Source: Lama glama
Taxonomy: Eukaryota
Assembly (NCBI GenBank): GCA_028534125.1
Contig: CM052816.1
Location: 41,356,001-41,420,000 of the forward strand
Direction: 5' to 3'
DNA length: 64,000 nt
The position numbers were made by a program, and so were the translations under genes. The notes beneath the pieces were generated by a model. The model had not been told where the DNA came from. It saw only the letters and a list, made by a program, of their open reading frames with translations, and searched no databases. This document shows positions 36,881 to 50,859 of the stretch, one piece after another. Within the stretch, counting starts at the first letter, position 1. The number at the start of each line of letters is the position of its first letter.

Positions 36881-39089
36881 ACATGAAGCCTGAATCTGAA
36901 TCTCTCTACAGATGGAGGGTTTGTGTTTATCCATCTTTTATCCTGTCATTCTTTCTTACAGGAGTTCTAATCTGGTTTTTTTTTTTTTGTGACTTTCACC
37001 CACAGGCTGGATGACCACTTGGTGGGGCTCTTGCAGAAAAAATACCAGCCTACTGCTCGACTATTAAGATCCTCTGAAAAATGGAAATGCTATGAAATTA
37101 TGCAGTTTTGTTTAGCCTAATACACTAAGTGATAAGTATTGAGAAGTTTTCTTTTCTTCATTTTTATAAACTACCTTTTCACAATTGCTTCCAATTAAAA
37201 AAATAGCTGACTTCTGGTACTCTGAGCAACCAAGAATTTGGAAGACTCTGATCTTAACTCAACAATTACTGTTCCCTATATTAACAGTCTGAAGCTAACT
37301 CTTTTTCCTAGTCCTTTGCTAGCAATAGAAATCATCTTTAAGAGGGAATCTGAAAAAGAGACCATAATTAGGACATTGCTATTTTAGCCTTTGTATATTA
37401 TACTATCTTTACTATTTTTTAGATTAAAAAAAAATCTGTCAATTGCTTAGTGCCATCCTTCTTTACTGCTGACTATGAAACAATGATCTGTAGCATAAAT
37501 TGCCGCCTACCTTTTACTCTGTGGCAGCCAGGAATTAAAACTGCAAGGACAGTAATTACCAGTAAAGAGAGTGGCATTATCTGCTGTTGCTTCCTGTTCA
37601 GTTTTACTTTGAAAACATCTCAGCAGGTTAGTTTACTTAGATACTGTGTGCCATTGACTGCTGAGTCTCCCGTCCTTGGCACAGTCCCAAAAATATGCCT
37701 TATCTCTGCAAGAACAAAGTGGCTGAGCTGCTGCATAGCCACCTCTCTAACTGGCAAGATGACTCAAACCACAGAATTTCATCACAGAGGGTTCATGGTG
37801 TCATCTTGGTTTATGGCTGACAGCACACACCACCAAATGTAGTGTGAGAAAAGCAAGAAAATGTAGTTAGACTAATAACTTTGCAACAAAATACTTGTGT
37901 ACTCTTTGCAACTGGCACCCAGTGGTTGGAATTATTAGGCTAAAAAACCACTTGTTGTATGCTATGGATGTAGGTATGTTTCCCACATTGGGCAAAAGGT
38001 GGGATGAAAGATTCTCTGTGGTCTCTTCCATCTCTTGAGAGTTTATGCTCAAAATACCAACTTAATTAAATAACAGTGCCTAACAGCAATCCAAGGGCAA
38101 AAGTTTGCTCCAAGCCTATAGTCCAGCCTTAATATCTTAAGAGAGATGTGACAGAATATAATATAATACAACCAGTGCAAAAAATAAAAATAAGTAAGCC
38201 ACTTACCTGCATGATTGTAGGGGCAGGAAGAAGAAACTGACTGCATAACATTGAGGATTACTCTTTCGTCACCTAAAAACATATTAAAATCATATTAGTC
38301 ATTATCTTAGATTTCTATTCAATTCTGTGATAGCTGAAGATAGCCACTATACTTCTTAATGAAAAGAAGAGAGAATCGGTTATAGAGGTTTTAAAATTTG
38401 AACTACGTCATAGAATTGAGCTAGAAGCAATTGTCAGTCTTCCTAATATCCAAGATAGGGAATTCTCCAATTCTCAAAACTTTTCTTTCCATAAACCTAT
38501 CAAAGTGTCTTTCTTGATTTAATCAACATTCCAAATTATTTGCTGGGTGTTTAATCACGGTCCTGCTTTCTTCTAGGAAACACAGTGTTCTGGTCTGTTC
38601 TGATCTGCTACTAAACAAGAATAAATAACATTTTCATCTTTCCTCTGTTTTATTTTCTTTCCATAAAGAGAATGAGTTTTCTATTCAAAAAATGAGCAAG
38701 GACAAAGTGAAAATAATTAGTAGAAAGAAAAAGTAAAGTTGAAGGATAAGAGGTGAGAAAGAGGAGGAAGGGGTGTGTGCAGTTGAGCAAAGCAATCATG
38801 TTCTCTAAATCCTTTTCATTCTCTTTTAGTGCATTCAGGGATTACAGCTTGGAAGGTACTGCACTGGTAGGGAAAGTGGGCAGAAGAGAAACATGGGGCT
38901 GGAGAGGCATGTCAAGAGCACAATCAGAGCCTGAGTGGCATTATAGTAGAAGAGGGTGTGTATTTGTTTGGGGTTAAGAAGGAAGGTCTGGACAGGTCAG
39001 CACCTAAGAAAGAGGCATAACTATTCACACTGCCAATTCTAATTGTCACCTCCCCAGTTCACTAACTCCAGTAATCTGTAGACAATCAT

Positions 39090-39580
39090 TTTAGTCCAGG
39101 TCCATTCAGAAAGAGAAGAGAACCTGAGACAGGACTTATATGCAAGGGATAATTTTGAGAAGTGATCCTAAGGATCAGGATGGAGGGACTGAGAAGAATA
39201 AAATCGAAGGAAGAAAATCAGCACACAGAATGTTCTCAAGTGGGACACGATCACCGGCAACCAGGACATGATCCACTGGAGTCTTCTAAAGAAGCTCAGA
39301 ATTGTGCATCCATGGGATAGAAGAGGAGTGTAGCATGTACCCACGGGGGTCTGTCCTTTATTGATCAAGAGTTACTCCACAAGCATCAAAGCTCTTTCAC
39401 ACAGTGTATGAGGCAGGTCTGTTACCTGACCCAGGCATCCTAGCTGCTGTGCAGAGAGAGCAGCAATGAGGCTGCAGCTGAGAGGTGAGAGCATGATGTC
39501 AGCTGTCACCTAGCAGAGAATGGCTGCCTCAGTGACGGCTGGAGGACAAGGAGGCCCAGCTATGAGTTGGGGCACACCAG
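39090..39580. mobile_element. Old ERVL-class LTR fragment
   Basis: aacctgagacaggacttatatgcaagggataattttgagaagtgatcc resembles LTR16/LTR33-group ends. Confidence 0.45.
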
Positions 39581-39584
39581 TAAG

Positions 39585-39832
39585 TATCTTTGTCTTAAGA
39601 AATACATATTGATGTATTTAGGGGTAAAGGAGTACTGATGTCTGCAATTTATTTTCAGTTGGTTCAGACAATTATAGATAGATAAGATGGGTAGGAAGGT
39701 AGACAAACAGATGAGAGAGAGGAATCAAATGAAGCAAAATGACAACGGTGGGTGAATCTGGGTGAAGTACACAAGCGTTCTTTACACTATTCTTGCCAAT
39801 TTTCTGTATGTTTGAAACTATTTCAAAAAAAA
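39585..39832 (+). mobile_element. Old L1 (L1ME-like) 3' end
   Basis: gaaatacatattgatgtatttaggggtaaagg...gtgaatctgggtgaag...ctattcttgccaattttctgtatgtttgaaactatttcaaaa. Confidence 0.8.
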
Positions 39833-42800
39833 TTTTTTTAATCATTAAACTCTAGCTCAAATGAACTTACATTGAGGGTTTAAAAGACCTGAGGTCTAGT
39901 CTAAGTCACTGATGCTTGTTAAGTCTCAGTTTTCTCATCTGGAACCTTGTGGAAATTTTGTAAGAACTAAATAAGGTAATACATGCAAAAGAGATTTGAA
40001 ACATTTTAAAATAACATACAATTGGGGAGCATTGTTAGAAATAAGAGTCTGACATTTAGTGCACAGCTTAATAGATGGGGTGACTGACCATCTAAGCAGT
40101 GACAGATATATCCAGACAGACAGAAGAATTCAGGGGTTAAAATGAAAGAAAGGGGCATTTTAGGTCATTTTCAGCTACCTATCCCAACTTGGTTCCCTTC
40201 AACAGGCTTTATCATCTACTGTATACTAGATCATGTGCATACTGCAGGGATTGGAAGGATATATGTTTTATATCCTCAAGAAATTCAGAGTTTATTGTAG
40301 GATAAAACTACAAAAACAAAAATCTGTAATATGATGTGCCAAGAGATGTCTACAAAAACACTAATAAGAAACCAGTAAATCTGAGGTTTTGGAGCAGATA
40401 TAAGAGAGTTTATGACAGGAAGCAATAGTTGAACTGAGCCTTGACAAATGGGGAGATCATTTAGAAATAAGAATAATATTTCAGGCAAAGAGAATGACTG
40501 AGGATGGTATAAAGTACTTCACATGTTTAGCCTCTTGGCAATTTTTTTGCCTCCTCTGTGACACCTCCCCCACATAACTTTCTAACATGCATCATGACAT
40601 GAGAAATTCCTCCATTTTTATTTTCTTTCTGTCACCATCTTTTGAAATTTTAAAGTATGTTAAAACTCTGGGTTGCCTCCCAGTTATGAGGAATGAATGG
40701 AACCCGATCATAAAAGTTAATTTGTTCACTTGTTTGTTTCAGGGCTGATTAATTCTCTTAAATCTGATCCTGGACGCCAAGAAGGTTATGGACTTGTTTA
40801 AAATAAAGAAGTAAACATCTGCATGCCATGCAGTTCTCTTCTCTGCACTGGGGTTTGGGTTATTTTATAGAGCACTTGGACTAATAGTGCAGATTAGTCT
40901 AATTACCGAATCAGGCTGAAGCTCTCAGAAGTGATGTCACTGAACACACATGCTACGGAAAAGAAAAGAAGCAAGACTCTTCATAAAGCCACTAAGAACT
41001 ATTTTGGGTACTCATGGCATGGCTTGGTGAGTACAGAAAACAGTATGGTATGTCCTAATTTAGGACATAAGTGAAAGACACCTCTGTGGTTAATCAATTT
41101 CACTTGCAACAAGGGGGTAGAAGCCCCCAGACACACCCCACTGGCGCTATAGACAGAAACAGAATTTCGGTTTCAATTTTGCTCTCTCTTTCTCTGAAAT
41201 GATTACAGCTTCTGCTTTTGAACAAACAGTAACAGTTTCTGATCCCTGTTTTACTGCCCTTGAAGACCAAAGTGAGAACTTGTTTTTGACACAGGAAATG
41301 CTGGTGAAATTCCTAGCTCCATCAGCACTTTCTAAGCAAAGTGAGGCATGTGTCTTCTACTCTTTTGCTTTGAAGTCTTCCTCTCTCCAAGATAATCAGT
41401 AGAATCCAGAAACTAAAATAATCTAGACCAGGGTACTCCTGACTTTTTGAAAAAGTAGTGCAAAGACTTATACTAAACAATATCTGAAAAGTGTTGTAAT
41501 TACCCTGGAAGAAAACTATGTGCTCTAAAATTATCGACTTGGACGGCATTGGTAGAGCCCTGCTCCAACTCTGCAATATATGGACCAAGAATAAGTTACA
41601 AGGCACAGCACATTAACATGGGTATTCTGGGCCTTTTGTTTTGAAAAGTTAACAAAATGCAACTCATTAAAACAGTTTTAGCTCCATAGACTTTGGCTGC
41701 CAATTTATGCTAAAATAAGTCATTTTTTATACACACAAATTCTTCCATCTCTTCTGCTCTCCATATGAGTAAGATCTCTCTCGACTTGGTTAGTTTATCT
41801 GGCTCTTCTGGAATATTCTATCCCTCTCAGGCTGCCTCTGATGTACAGTTGAAATGTACTTTAATGAAAATGATAGCAGCCAGTAGGCAGGAAAGGCAGG
41901 AAGGAAGATTCCTCAGATTCTGGAATTCTTAGGTTCCATCCTCAGGGAGGATTTAGAAAACCTCAGAGAATTTTAGAAACTCTCTAGAGGTAGCTTTGTT
42001 AACACACAGCCATTTGCAGCTCATATCGCTTTTTCTCCCTTGGGGTGCAAGGCTTTAATGAACAATATTTAACTTAAATAGTCCCACACCGCCACTGCTC
42101 TGTACGCCTTTCCCAGGGAAGCCAGATGGACTGAAGAGGCTCCCTAGAACTACTACTTCTTGTTTCCAAGCTCTTCCAAGCCCCTGGCCACAGCTCTCTC
42201 CAACGGCTCCGACTCCTCTACTACAAATTCTCTCTTTTAGTTAATGCTTAAAATCTGTTCATTTGAGCTTTATTCCTTCAGCTTCATGTTTTAATTTCTG
42301 CTAAAATGAAGATGCTTTTTGCAACACGATTAATTACACTCTATTGTAATGGATGAATCTGAACAACAATTCTGATAGGTAGATGAATGTTTAAGCCTTT
42401 GAGAGTGAATTAACTGTTATTGATCACTTTCAGAATGAATTAACGCTTACTGCTCACTTACAGTGCTATAAGCTCTGGACTGGGGCACTTTCTTCAATTG
42501 CATTTTTGGTGTGTTCCTTATCTTCAGGTCTCACAATAACTCTGCCAGGTAGGCAGAGTTTCAGAAGGGAAAATCGAGGTTCAGAAAGTAGGAAAGGTTT
42601 ACACCCCCTATAACTGGTAGCCAGGATCTAAACTCAGATTCCAAAGCCGAAGCCACCACTTTGCTTAGACCCAGAACTGGACATGCGCGTTCTTATCTTT
42701 GATGGTAACAGGAAGAGAGTGGGCGAGTGAGAACCGGAGATCTGGGGGAAAACTAGGGCTGTGGTGAAGGGAAAACAAGAATAAAAGAAGACGGAGTGAG

Positions 42801-43387
42801 AGAAGTGAAACAGAAGAACACTTCACTGAAGAACGTTAACTGAATAAGTACTTTGCATAAGATGCTGTGCTAAATCCTGGCACAGGAGGGAAGAGACAAA
42901 CGCCTCAAATGGCTCAGGCAAGACTGGAGACAGCAAGCTGGTGACCTGCAGGCCAAGGGCAGGCTGCAAATTTGTGGGTCATTCAGTGTCAGCTTACCAA
43001 AGTTTTCAAAAAATTTTTTTAATTTTCCCATTTTTCTTATTTTGTAAAACACATGATACAGGCACACAAACCAAACTTCAGAATGTAGCAAAAGATGCAG
43101 AGAGAAAAGTAGCCTTCCCAACCCTGCTCCCAATCATTCAGTTCCCCGTCAGAGAGACAAGCCTTGCTTTCAGTTTTTTTTAATATTCTTTCACATATAA
43201 TCTTTAAATATATATAAATAATATATACATATGTATATATATATAGTATATGTATTCTTTAAGATAAAGCATATACATGTATAAAATATAAAGAAATATA
43301 AATGTAGCATAGGATATACACTGTTTATGCTGCCTGTTGCTTTTCTTAACAACACATGTCATATTAGTATATTCAGGTTGCCTTCTT

Positions 43388-43512
43388 TTTTTAATTTACT
43401 TAGTTTTTTTTATAGGGGGAGGTAATTGTGTTTATTTTTTAAGGGAGGCACTGGGAATTGAGCCCAGGACCTCATGCTTGCTAGGCATGCACTGAGCTAT
43501 ACCCTCCTCCCT
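43388..43512 (-). mobile_element. tRNA-Ala-derived SINE (Vic-1-like)
   Basis: ggaggtaatt tail, ctgggaattgagcccaggacctc...cactgagctataccctcc; TSD caggttgccttcttt/caggctgccttcttt. Confidence 0.9.
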
Positions 43513-43939
43513 CAGGCTGCCTTCTTTATTCACCCTTATGGCTAGATAGCAATCCATTGTATTCACGTGCCATACATTATTTAACCAGGTCCCTTCTGAA
43601 GGACACTTAGGGTATTTCCAGTATTTCAGTATTAAATAAATGCTGCAATAAATATCCTTATGCACATATCATTTTGCAAGTATGCAAGTTTATTTGTCAG
43701 GCAAATTTCTAGAAGCAGAATTACTGGGACAAAGAGTATGCATTTGTATATAATTTTTTCCTGAATTTTTTTTTAAGTATGGTCAGTTTACAGTGTTGTG
43801 TCAATTTCTGGTGTACAGCAAAATGTTTTAGTCATACATATACATACATATATTCCTTTTCATATTCTTTTTTAAATATATTTAAGTGGAACTGTTTTGT
43901 CCCTCTCCTACCATTATATTTTTTTGACATGTATTCTTT

Positions 43940-44120
43940 CTTTTTAAATCATATTCTATGAATTCTCTCTCTTATTTTCTTTCTGGAAATTTTATGTATG
44001 TATGTATGTATTGGAGAGGAAGTAATTCTTTTTTTTTTTTTAATGGAAGTACTGGGGATTGAACCCAGGGCCTTGCTCATGTTAAACACACACTCTACAA
44101 CTGAGCTGTACCCTGCCCGC
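43940..44120 (-). mobile_element. tRNA-Ala-derived SINE (Vic-1-like)
   Basis: gtactggggattgaacccagggcc...ctctacaactgagctgtaccctgccc. Confidence 0.88.
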
Positions 44121-47066
44121 TCCATATTCTTTTTTTGACAGGTGTTGCCAAAAGGTCTCCACAGAAGTATTCTCAAACTTACATTCCCAGCAGCAAAATA
44201 TGAGAGCACCTATTTCTCTATCCCACACCATTTGACCTTAGCCAATCTGTAGGTGGAATATAGTGTCTCTATAGCTGTTAGCTGAGTAGCCAACAATTTC
44301 AAATGCAGGGCATTTTATGGGGGAGAGGAAGCATGCCTTCAAATTCCTCTTCAAAAAATCTGAAATCTGGCAACTGGGCCCCCATTCCCACATAGCTAAC
44401 AGCTGAATGGTGACTACGTCCCTCAATAGAACATGGGGACTCAATACTGTGCCTCTACACCTCCCTCCATAGTCTCCCCTGACAATGAAGCCACGAGTCA
44501 GTTACCATTTATCATTGTTTAGTATAGCCTCATCTACTAAGTTATATGACCTTCCTGGCTTTAGATATATGAGTTTTTAACTGGTCTAGAGAGAGATTAA
44601 TAATAAAAGAGAAAACAAATGAAGCAAAAAGTAAAGCAGGTGCAATAGCCAGAAGAGTAGGTGACAAAAGAAGAAAGATACGTTAACATGGTTCATGAGG
44701 CTCTTCTGAATGATCACTCATCCTAGAATTTCACTTAAGTTACCTGCACAAACTACATCCAGCACTGAATGACTATGCCTCCAGCACAAACATCCCAGGG
44801 TAATTTTGAAAATCTTGGGGTTAGCCCTGGTGTGAATCTAATTTTACAACAATGGTGCTGGCTTTTTAGAATGCAAATATTGTCTATATATCCAGGTGCA
44901 GGGAGCATCACATTGCTTTTATTTTCCTAAATCAAATTGAATTTGGAGTCACACCCGTACTCACAGGGCAGGTGAAATAGGCCGATGTTAGTTATCATGG
45001 GGAGGCGGGGGAGGCAGTCCTCCCTCAGGTGGGTTGATGCTGCCATGATAACTTGGAGAAGCACTCCAGTCTGTGCTCTGTCATCTTCTACACCTGTGAT
45101 GTCTGTCTAAAGATCCTTTGTGGCAATTACGGGCACAGGGAACATTACAGACAGAGGGAATTTTCACTGCAGTTCATTTTACCTTCCTCCTGATGAAGTG
45201 GGGGCACGAAGAAAAGTTCTAACTCAGGCCTTTAGAAACAAATTGCTGGCTACTCCTCTCTAGTTTGGGGAAGTGAGATGCCTTTTCCTTCCCTTTTTAA
45301 ATAACAGTGGAAGAAAACATCATTTTGGCTTGATTTTCTTAATAATTTACTCTGCTGCTTAATGAGGAAAAATCTGCAGGTTCTGCAATTTGAAAGGAGG
45401 CTGGATCTTCCTTAGATCAGAACCAGATGACAGATCAGGCCCCAGATCAACCAAGCCATTTTAGAGAATAAACTGCCGTAGATGAACCTGCCTATCAAGA
45501 ATCCTCTGCTGTCCACTGGACCATTTTTCTACATTTCTGTTTATAGAAATACATCTAGCCTGGATCTGAGTCCCACCATTTTGGGGTTTTTACCATGCAT
45601 TTATCTTTTTAATGCTGATCTGTCATTTGATCCATTCTCTTCATGACTTTTGAAATGATTTGTTTTGAGTAAAAGATAGTTACAGTTACCATTCTCAAGC
45701 TTTCAGTTAAAGGGAAGGATGGGGAGGGAGGGACAGTTAGATTGAGGTTCAATTAAATTTTGAAGCAGATATGAAACAGAACAAATATCATTTACACAGA
45801 TTTTCCTTCTTTCTGCTACTGACAGACTACCAAATAAGAATGTATCTGAGTAAGTCTCCCTTTCTTGTAATAAAATTACTACTGGGAAATAACTCCCATT
45901 GTGAAGAATAGGGACATATACAGTGGTTTCCCTACTTCTATAGGATCTCAGCTACTGACTACAATCAAATATTGTGCTTATTGTTTCTACCAATATTTTG
46001 TGACATTTCTAATAAACAATGGACATTTTTGAGACTAAAAAGGAATAAAGGTATTTTTCCAATGCCTAAAAATACATGCAATATTATATTTAAACTTGTT
46101 TCAGTTATAAGTTGACTTAAAGTCAACTTATTGGTGACTGCTTCAGAGATAAGTATATAAAGTTGGAATCCTAATTGTTTACACCTCATGTAGGAGAACA
46201 GTTAAGTCTCTATAAAAAGTCGACTCTGTACCTTGCCCTCTCAAGTGTGAATTGGGGTCCAGAATTCAAACTTTGAGGCTATAATTAAGTTAGATTTGCA
46301 GTGATCAAGTCTTCAACAAGGCATTAGACATTTTGATGAGAGAATTTTTCAGTGATTTAATGCAAAATGGCTAAAGATAAGTAATCTTTACAGAGTGAAG
46401 TTTTCCAGAAATAAAGTTGTTCTTAAAGGAGAATGATGTCATAATAAAGTCATATATCAAGGACAATTACCCAACATGTGGTCTGTGAAAATTAAACTCA
46501 TTAGAGGTTTTATGTGATGAGTCACCACAGTTATAGTCACTGGACAGTGTCAACAGTGCAAATTTTGAATAGACTTTCCAGTTCATAGACATTTCTGGCA
46601 GCCTTTTTACATAAAACATTACAGGTTTCTCCATGTCCCACTTCTTCTGTTTTGTTTTGTTTTGCGGGAATCAGCCCAGAGCCTCTCCAGAACTCTCCTA
46701 GGGAGTACAGAGCTTCCCTCCACCATCCCGTGCTGCTGTCCCCTTTGTTTTTTCTCAGTCCACCTGACACAATTTGCTTTCTGTCTTCCATTATTCCTCA
46801 CATCTTACCTATTTAAGAGTGATGTTATGGTTTCATTACCAAAACAAACAAACAAATAAAACAAATAAAGCTTTCCTGTCATTTCAGTGGGAGCTTGACA
46901 AGGAAGTGAGGAAGATGCATGAGTTCAGTCTAATTTCTTAAACATTTTCAGTGGCTCTCCATCACCTATTTAAAAAAATCTTGATTTCCTCAGCCTAGTA
47001 TTCATATCCTAGCAGCTCTCTTCAAACTTACTGTGTCCCTCCCAAGTCCCTGTGACATAAAACTGC

Positions 47067-47540
47067 TGTTATGAGTTCAGCTGTGTCCCCCTAAAAAGAT
47101 ATGTCAAAGTCATAATTCCCAATCCCTCAGAATGTGACCCTATTGGAAACAGGGTTTTTACAGAGGAAATCAAGTTAAAATGAAGTCATCAGGATGGGCT
47201 CTAATCCAATAGGACTGATGTCCTTATAAAAAGGGGAAATTTGGACACAGAGACAGACATGAACAGAAGAAAGATGATATGAAGACACAGAGAGAACATC
47301 ATGTGAAGATGGAAGATTAGAGAGATGCTTGTACAAGCAAGGGATGCCAAAGATTGCTGGAAAGCCACCAGAAACGAGGAAGATGCAAGGAATGATTCCT
47401 CTAGAGGTTTCAGACAGAGCATGACCTTGCCTATACCTTGATTTTGGATTTCTAGCTTCCAGACTATAGACAATAAAATTCTATTGTTTCAAGCCACCCA
47501 GTTTTTGGTACTTTGTTACAGTAACCCTAGGAAACTAACA
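47067..47540 (+). mobile_element. MLT1 (B/C-like) MaLR solo LTR
   Basis: tgttatgagttcagctgtgtccccctaaaaagatatg...ctcagaatgtgaccctattggaaacagggt...caagccacccagtttttggtactttgttacagtaaccctaggaaactaaca. Confidence 0.92.
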
Positions 47541-47916
47541 GAACTATCAAGTAAATTTCAAGATTAACACTATTTTTTCTGCTTCCATTTCTCTCCTTCC
47601 TTCTTTCTTCTTTAAAAATTTCTATTCTTTTACATCTTACATCTTCTATTATTCTACATCTTACTTCCTCTACTACCACTGTGCCTTGTAAAAAAATCAT
47701 TCCTCGGAATATGAACTCCTATAGCATTTCCTGTGTTAATACTGACAGTTCCTTGTATCCTGTGGCTATTTACCTTGCATGCATATGTTCTCTTCTTCAT
47801 TCTAGATTCTAAACAGACTATAGCTTTTGATATTCCTTATGTAAGCAGTTAATTACATAAAAGTATTCAATAATAATTTTAGTGACACGGTGATATTGTC
47901 TCCTAGTTGAGAAATA

Positions 47917-48394
47917 CAGCTGACCTTTGAACAACATGGGTTTGAACTACACAGGTCCACTTCTATGTGGATTTTTTTTCAATGAATACATATATGTACT
48001 GTAAATATTTTTTCTCTTCCTTGTGATTTTTTTTAAATAACATTTTCTTTTCTCTGGCTTACTTTATTGTAAGAATATAGTATATAATACATACAACATA
48101 CAAAATATGTGTTTTTTCTTTGTTGTTGTTAATAGAAGTATTGGGGATTGAACCCAGGACCTTGTGCATGCAAAGTATGTGCTCTACCACTGAGCTATAG
48201 GGTATAGGTGTATTTTGGGAGAGCCCTCCTCTCCAAACAATATGTGTTAATCAATTGTCTATGCTTTTGGTAAAGTTTCTGGTCAACTTCAGGCTATGAG
48301 GTAAGTATGAGGGAGTCAAAAGTTATACACAGATTTTTTTTTTTACTGCTGAGGCATAAGGGCCCCTAATCCCTGCAGTGTTAAGGACCAACTA
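47917..48394. mobile_element. Tigger2/MER28-like Tc1-mariner non-autonomous DNA transposon, with SINE inserted
   Basis: TIR cagctgacctttgaacaacatgggtttgaact...; degenerate right TIR gtgttaaggaccaact; internal taacattttcttttctctggcttactttattgtaagaata. Confidence 0.8.
48112..48232 (-). mobile_element. Vic-1-like SINE with a short insertion in its head
   Basis: ttggggattgaacccaggaccttgtgcatgc...ctctaccactgagctata; flanking aatatgtgtt direct repeats. Confidence 0.85.
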
Positions 48395-48504
48395 CGCACA
48401 TAAGTAATTTAGATAGATATACAGACAGATTTATCCATCTATTTTTATATCTCCTACTGGTTTGTTTCTCTAGAGAATCCTGACTAACACAGCCATATAA
48501 TATT

Positions 48505-48836
48505 TCTTGTTTTTTATTGAAGTTTAGTTGATTTACAGTGTTATATTAGTTTCAGGTGTACAACATAGTGACTTGATATTAGATTCCATACCATACAAAG
48601 ATAGTACAAAATATTGACTATATTCCTTATGCTATCTGTTTAATTCCTGTGACTAATTTATTTTATAACTGGCAGTTTGTACCTCTTAGCCCCCTTCACC
48701 TATTTCACCCCTGCCTCACCCCCTCCCCTTTGGCAAGCACTGTTTTGTCCTCCATATCCGTGAGTCTATTCCTGTTCTGCTATATTTGCTCACTTGTTTT
48801 GCTTTTGAGATTCCACATATAAATGAAAACATACAG
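48505..48836 (-). mobile_element. L1 3' end fragment
   Basis: tttattgaagtttagttgatttacagtgttatattagtttcaggtgtacaacatagtga...gagattccacatataaatga. Confidence 0.88.
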
Positions 48837-49859
48837 CTTTCTCAGTTACATAAAATTTTAATCATATGGTTACACCATAATTTAACAATTCTCTTTATGG
48901 CCTCTGTAAGTGGTTGCAGTCTTATTATGTCAGGAAGACCATCTCTGCTCACAAACCCTCGATAGCACATAAGATCATTTTCTTGAGCAGATTACTGAAA
49001 AGAGAATTATGTATCAGAGAACATGGATGTATCTGTGTTTCCTCACACAGGTTATCAAATTGTTCTTCATATCTGGCCATTCTGGTTTAAAATTCCATTA
49101 ACAGTGAATGAAGAGCGTTTATCACACCACACTTTGGTATTACATTTTTTAATGGTAATATAATATTTAAAGTTGCTATACTGGTCTAGTAATTTTTTAT
49201 TACCTGAAATAGTAAATGTATATTGGTCTTTTGTATTCCTGTGAATCTTGTATTTAAGCTCTTTGGTCATTTTTCTATTGTAGTATTAGTATTTTTCTTA
49301 TGGAACAGGATGTCTACTATATGGAATCAAGGCTCAGGTTTAAAGTTCAGGTCCAGAGGTACAAAGTATCCAACATGCTAAAGAGAGACATTCAAATGCC
49401 ACCAAAAATTTTGACCAGAAAATTCTCCCTATGTCCAAGGTTTACAAAGAGGCAGCAGAAACCACCCTATTTATCTCAGTTTCCTCTCACCCACTAATTG
49501 ACAACCTAGATAATACACTGGACTAGAAAGCAGAGAGCAGGATTCAGAGTAATTATTTCTGTTTATCTGAACGTTGTACACTTTTTGTAGTGTTTCCTCA
49601 ACCTCCAGCACCCATTCCTTGAAGTCACTGCCACTGGCCAGAGATACAGCTTTTGGCAGTACTAGGAATAGGGATATGAGGTTTTAAACGATTCAGAACT
49701 CATTTAACAACAAAGTAACTAGAAGATTTTGGAATCTGTCCAAGAAAGCGTTAAAGGATGAAAAAAGAAAATTCAACACAGCATATTTTCAAGCAAAAGA
49801 AAAAAAACTTCTTCACTTTTGTACCTCAACAAGTAGAAACAGCTCAATGATCTGCTGTT

Positions 49860-50850
49860 ACACTTAATAATATACAGTGCTTTTTACTTCTGGCAAAGGG
49901 TTACTATGTGTTGGAGATACTTTTCTCAATTTGTCTTTTATTTAAATTTGTTTTTTAATCTACTGTGTTAGATTGAAACTACTGGTCTATCTTACACTTT
50001 AAATGAATCTTTGGCCATGCATGATTTTGTAACATCATGCTTTGATCATTTCAAAAATATTGGTTCATTAAGTTATTCAGACCTTCTAAATTGTGATGCA
50101 TTTTATGATGCAATATCAAAAATAAATCACATTAATTAATTTTATCATTACAGTATTTTAAAAATCTTTATTGCAAAACTTTCAAGCTCGCTGGAGTGGA
50201 TAGCTTTCAGAAGTTCTAACTTTTAGTTGAAAGCTTGAATTTTTTCATTGGGAACAAAATATTGTCAATTACTTCCCTTGAAGTGACAGACTCATTTCAT
50301 TTATTTTTAAGGAAATATCTGCCAAATATACAAGTCTGAATAATTCTAATTTGTCTGTCAGTTGTTCTTTTGAGTAAAACCGGTGCTCCATGAGAAAAAG
50401 CAGCTAGTTCAGCTTGTAATGTACACAATCACAGATGTGCTTTTCCACAAAACAAACATTATATTTTGTATATAGCAAAAGTGCTGTATGTATGACTTCT
50501 CATTTGTCACACAGAATATTAAGAAGACCTCGTATTATGGCGTCAATTTTTTTAAATCAATCATTTTTACTACCTTACCTTGAATATTTACATATTCTTG
50601 TAAAAATTTTTCTGTTAGTGCTAGTGCTTACTGGTGACGACTCCTATGATCTTTTAGTCCAGTTTGATGCCCCTTCCTTAATTTGTGCTAAGGAGTCAGA
50701 GGTTTTATCTACCATGGCCTTTGCACTATCAGTGTAAGTGAACATAAAGGAAATGGAAAATAATCTCCTAGTTCTATTAAAACAGTTTTGACCTCATAGA
50801 CTCCCTGAGAGTTTTGGAGATCCCTAGGGTCACACTTAGGGAAATGCTGT
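49860..50850. mobile_element. Charlie1-like hAT DNA transposon remnant
   Basis: gatcatttcaaaaatattggttcattaagttattcagacctt, cttcccttgaagtgacagactcatttc, gaaaaagcagctagttcagctt, terminal gacctcatagactccctga...gaaatgctg. Confidence 0.75.
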
Positions 50851-50859
50851 TGTATGGGA

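Larger units (their letters stand above)
43060..44260 (-). mobile_element. Old L1ME-like element, interrupted by two SINEs and a short younger L1 3' end (~43765-43880)
   Basis: ccattgtattcacgtgccatacattatttaacc...ggacacttagggtatttccagtattt...aatgctgcaataaatatcctt...ttacattcccagcagcaaaatatgagag. Confidence 0.7.
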
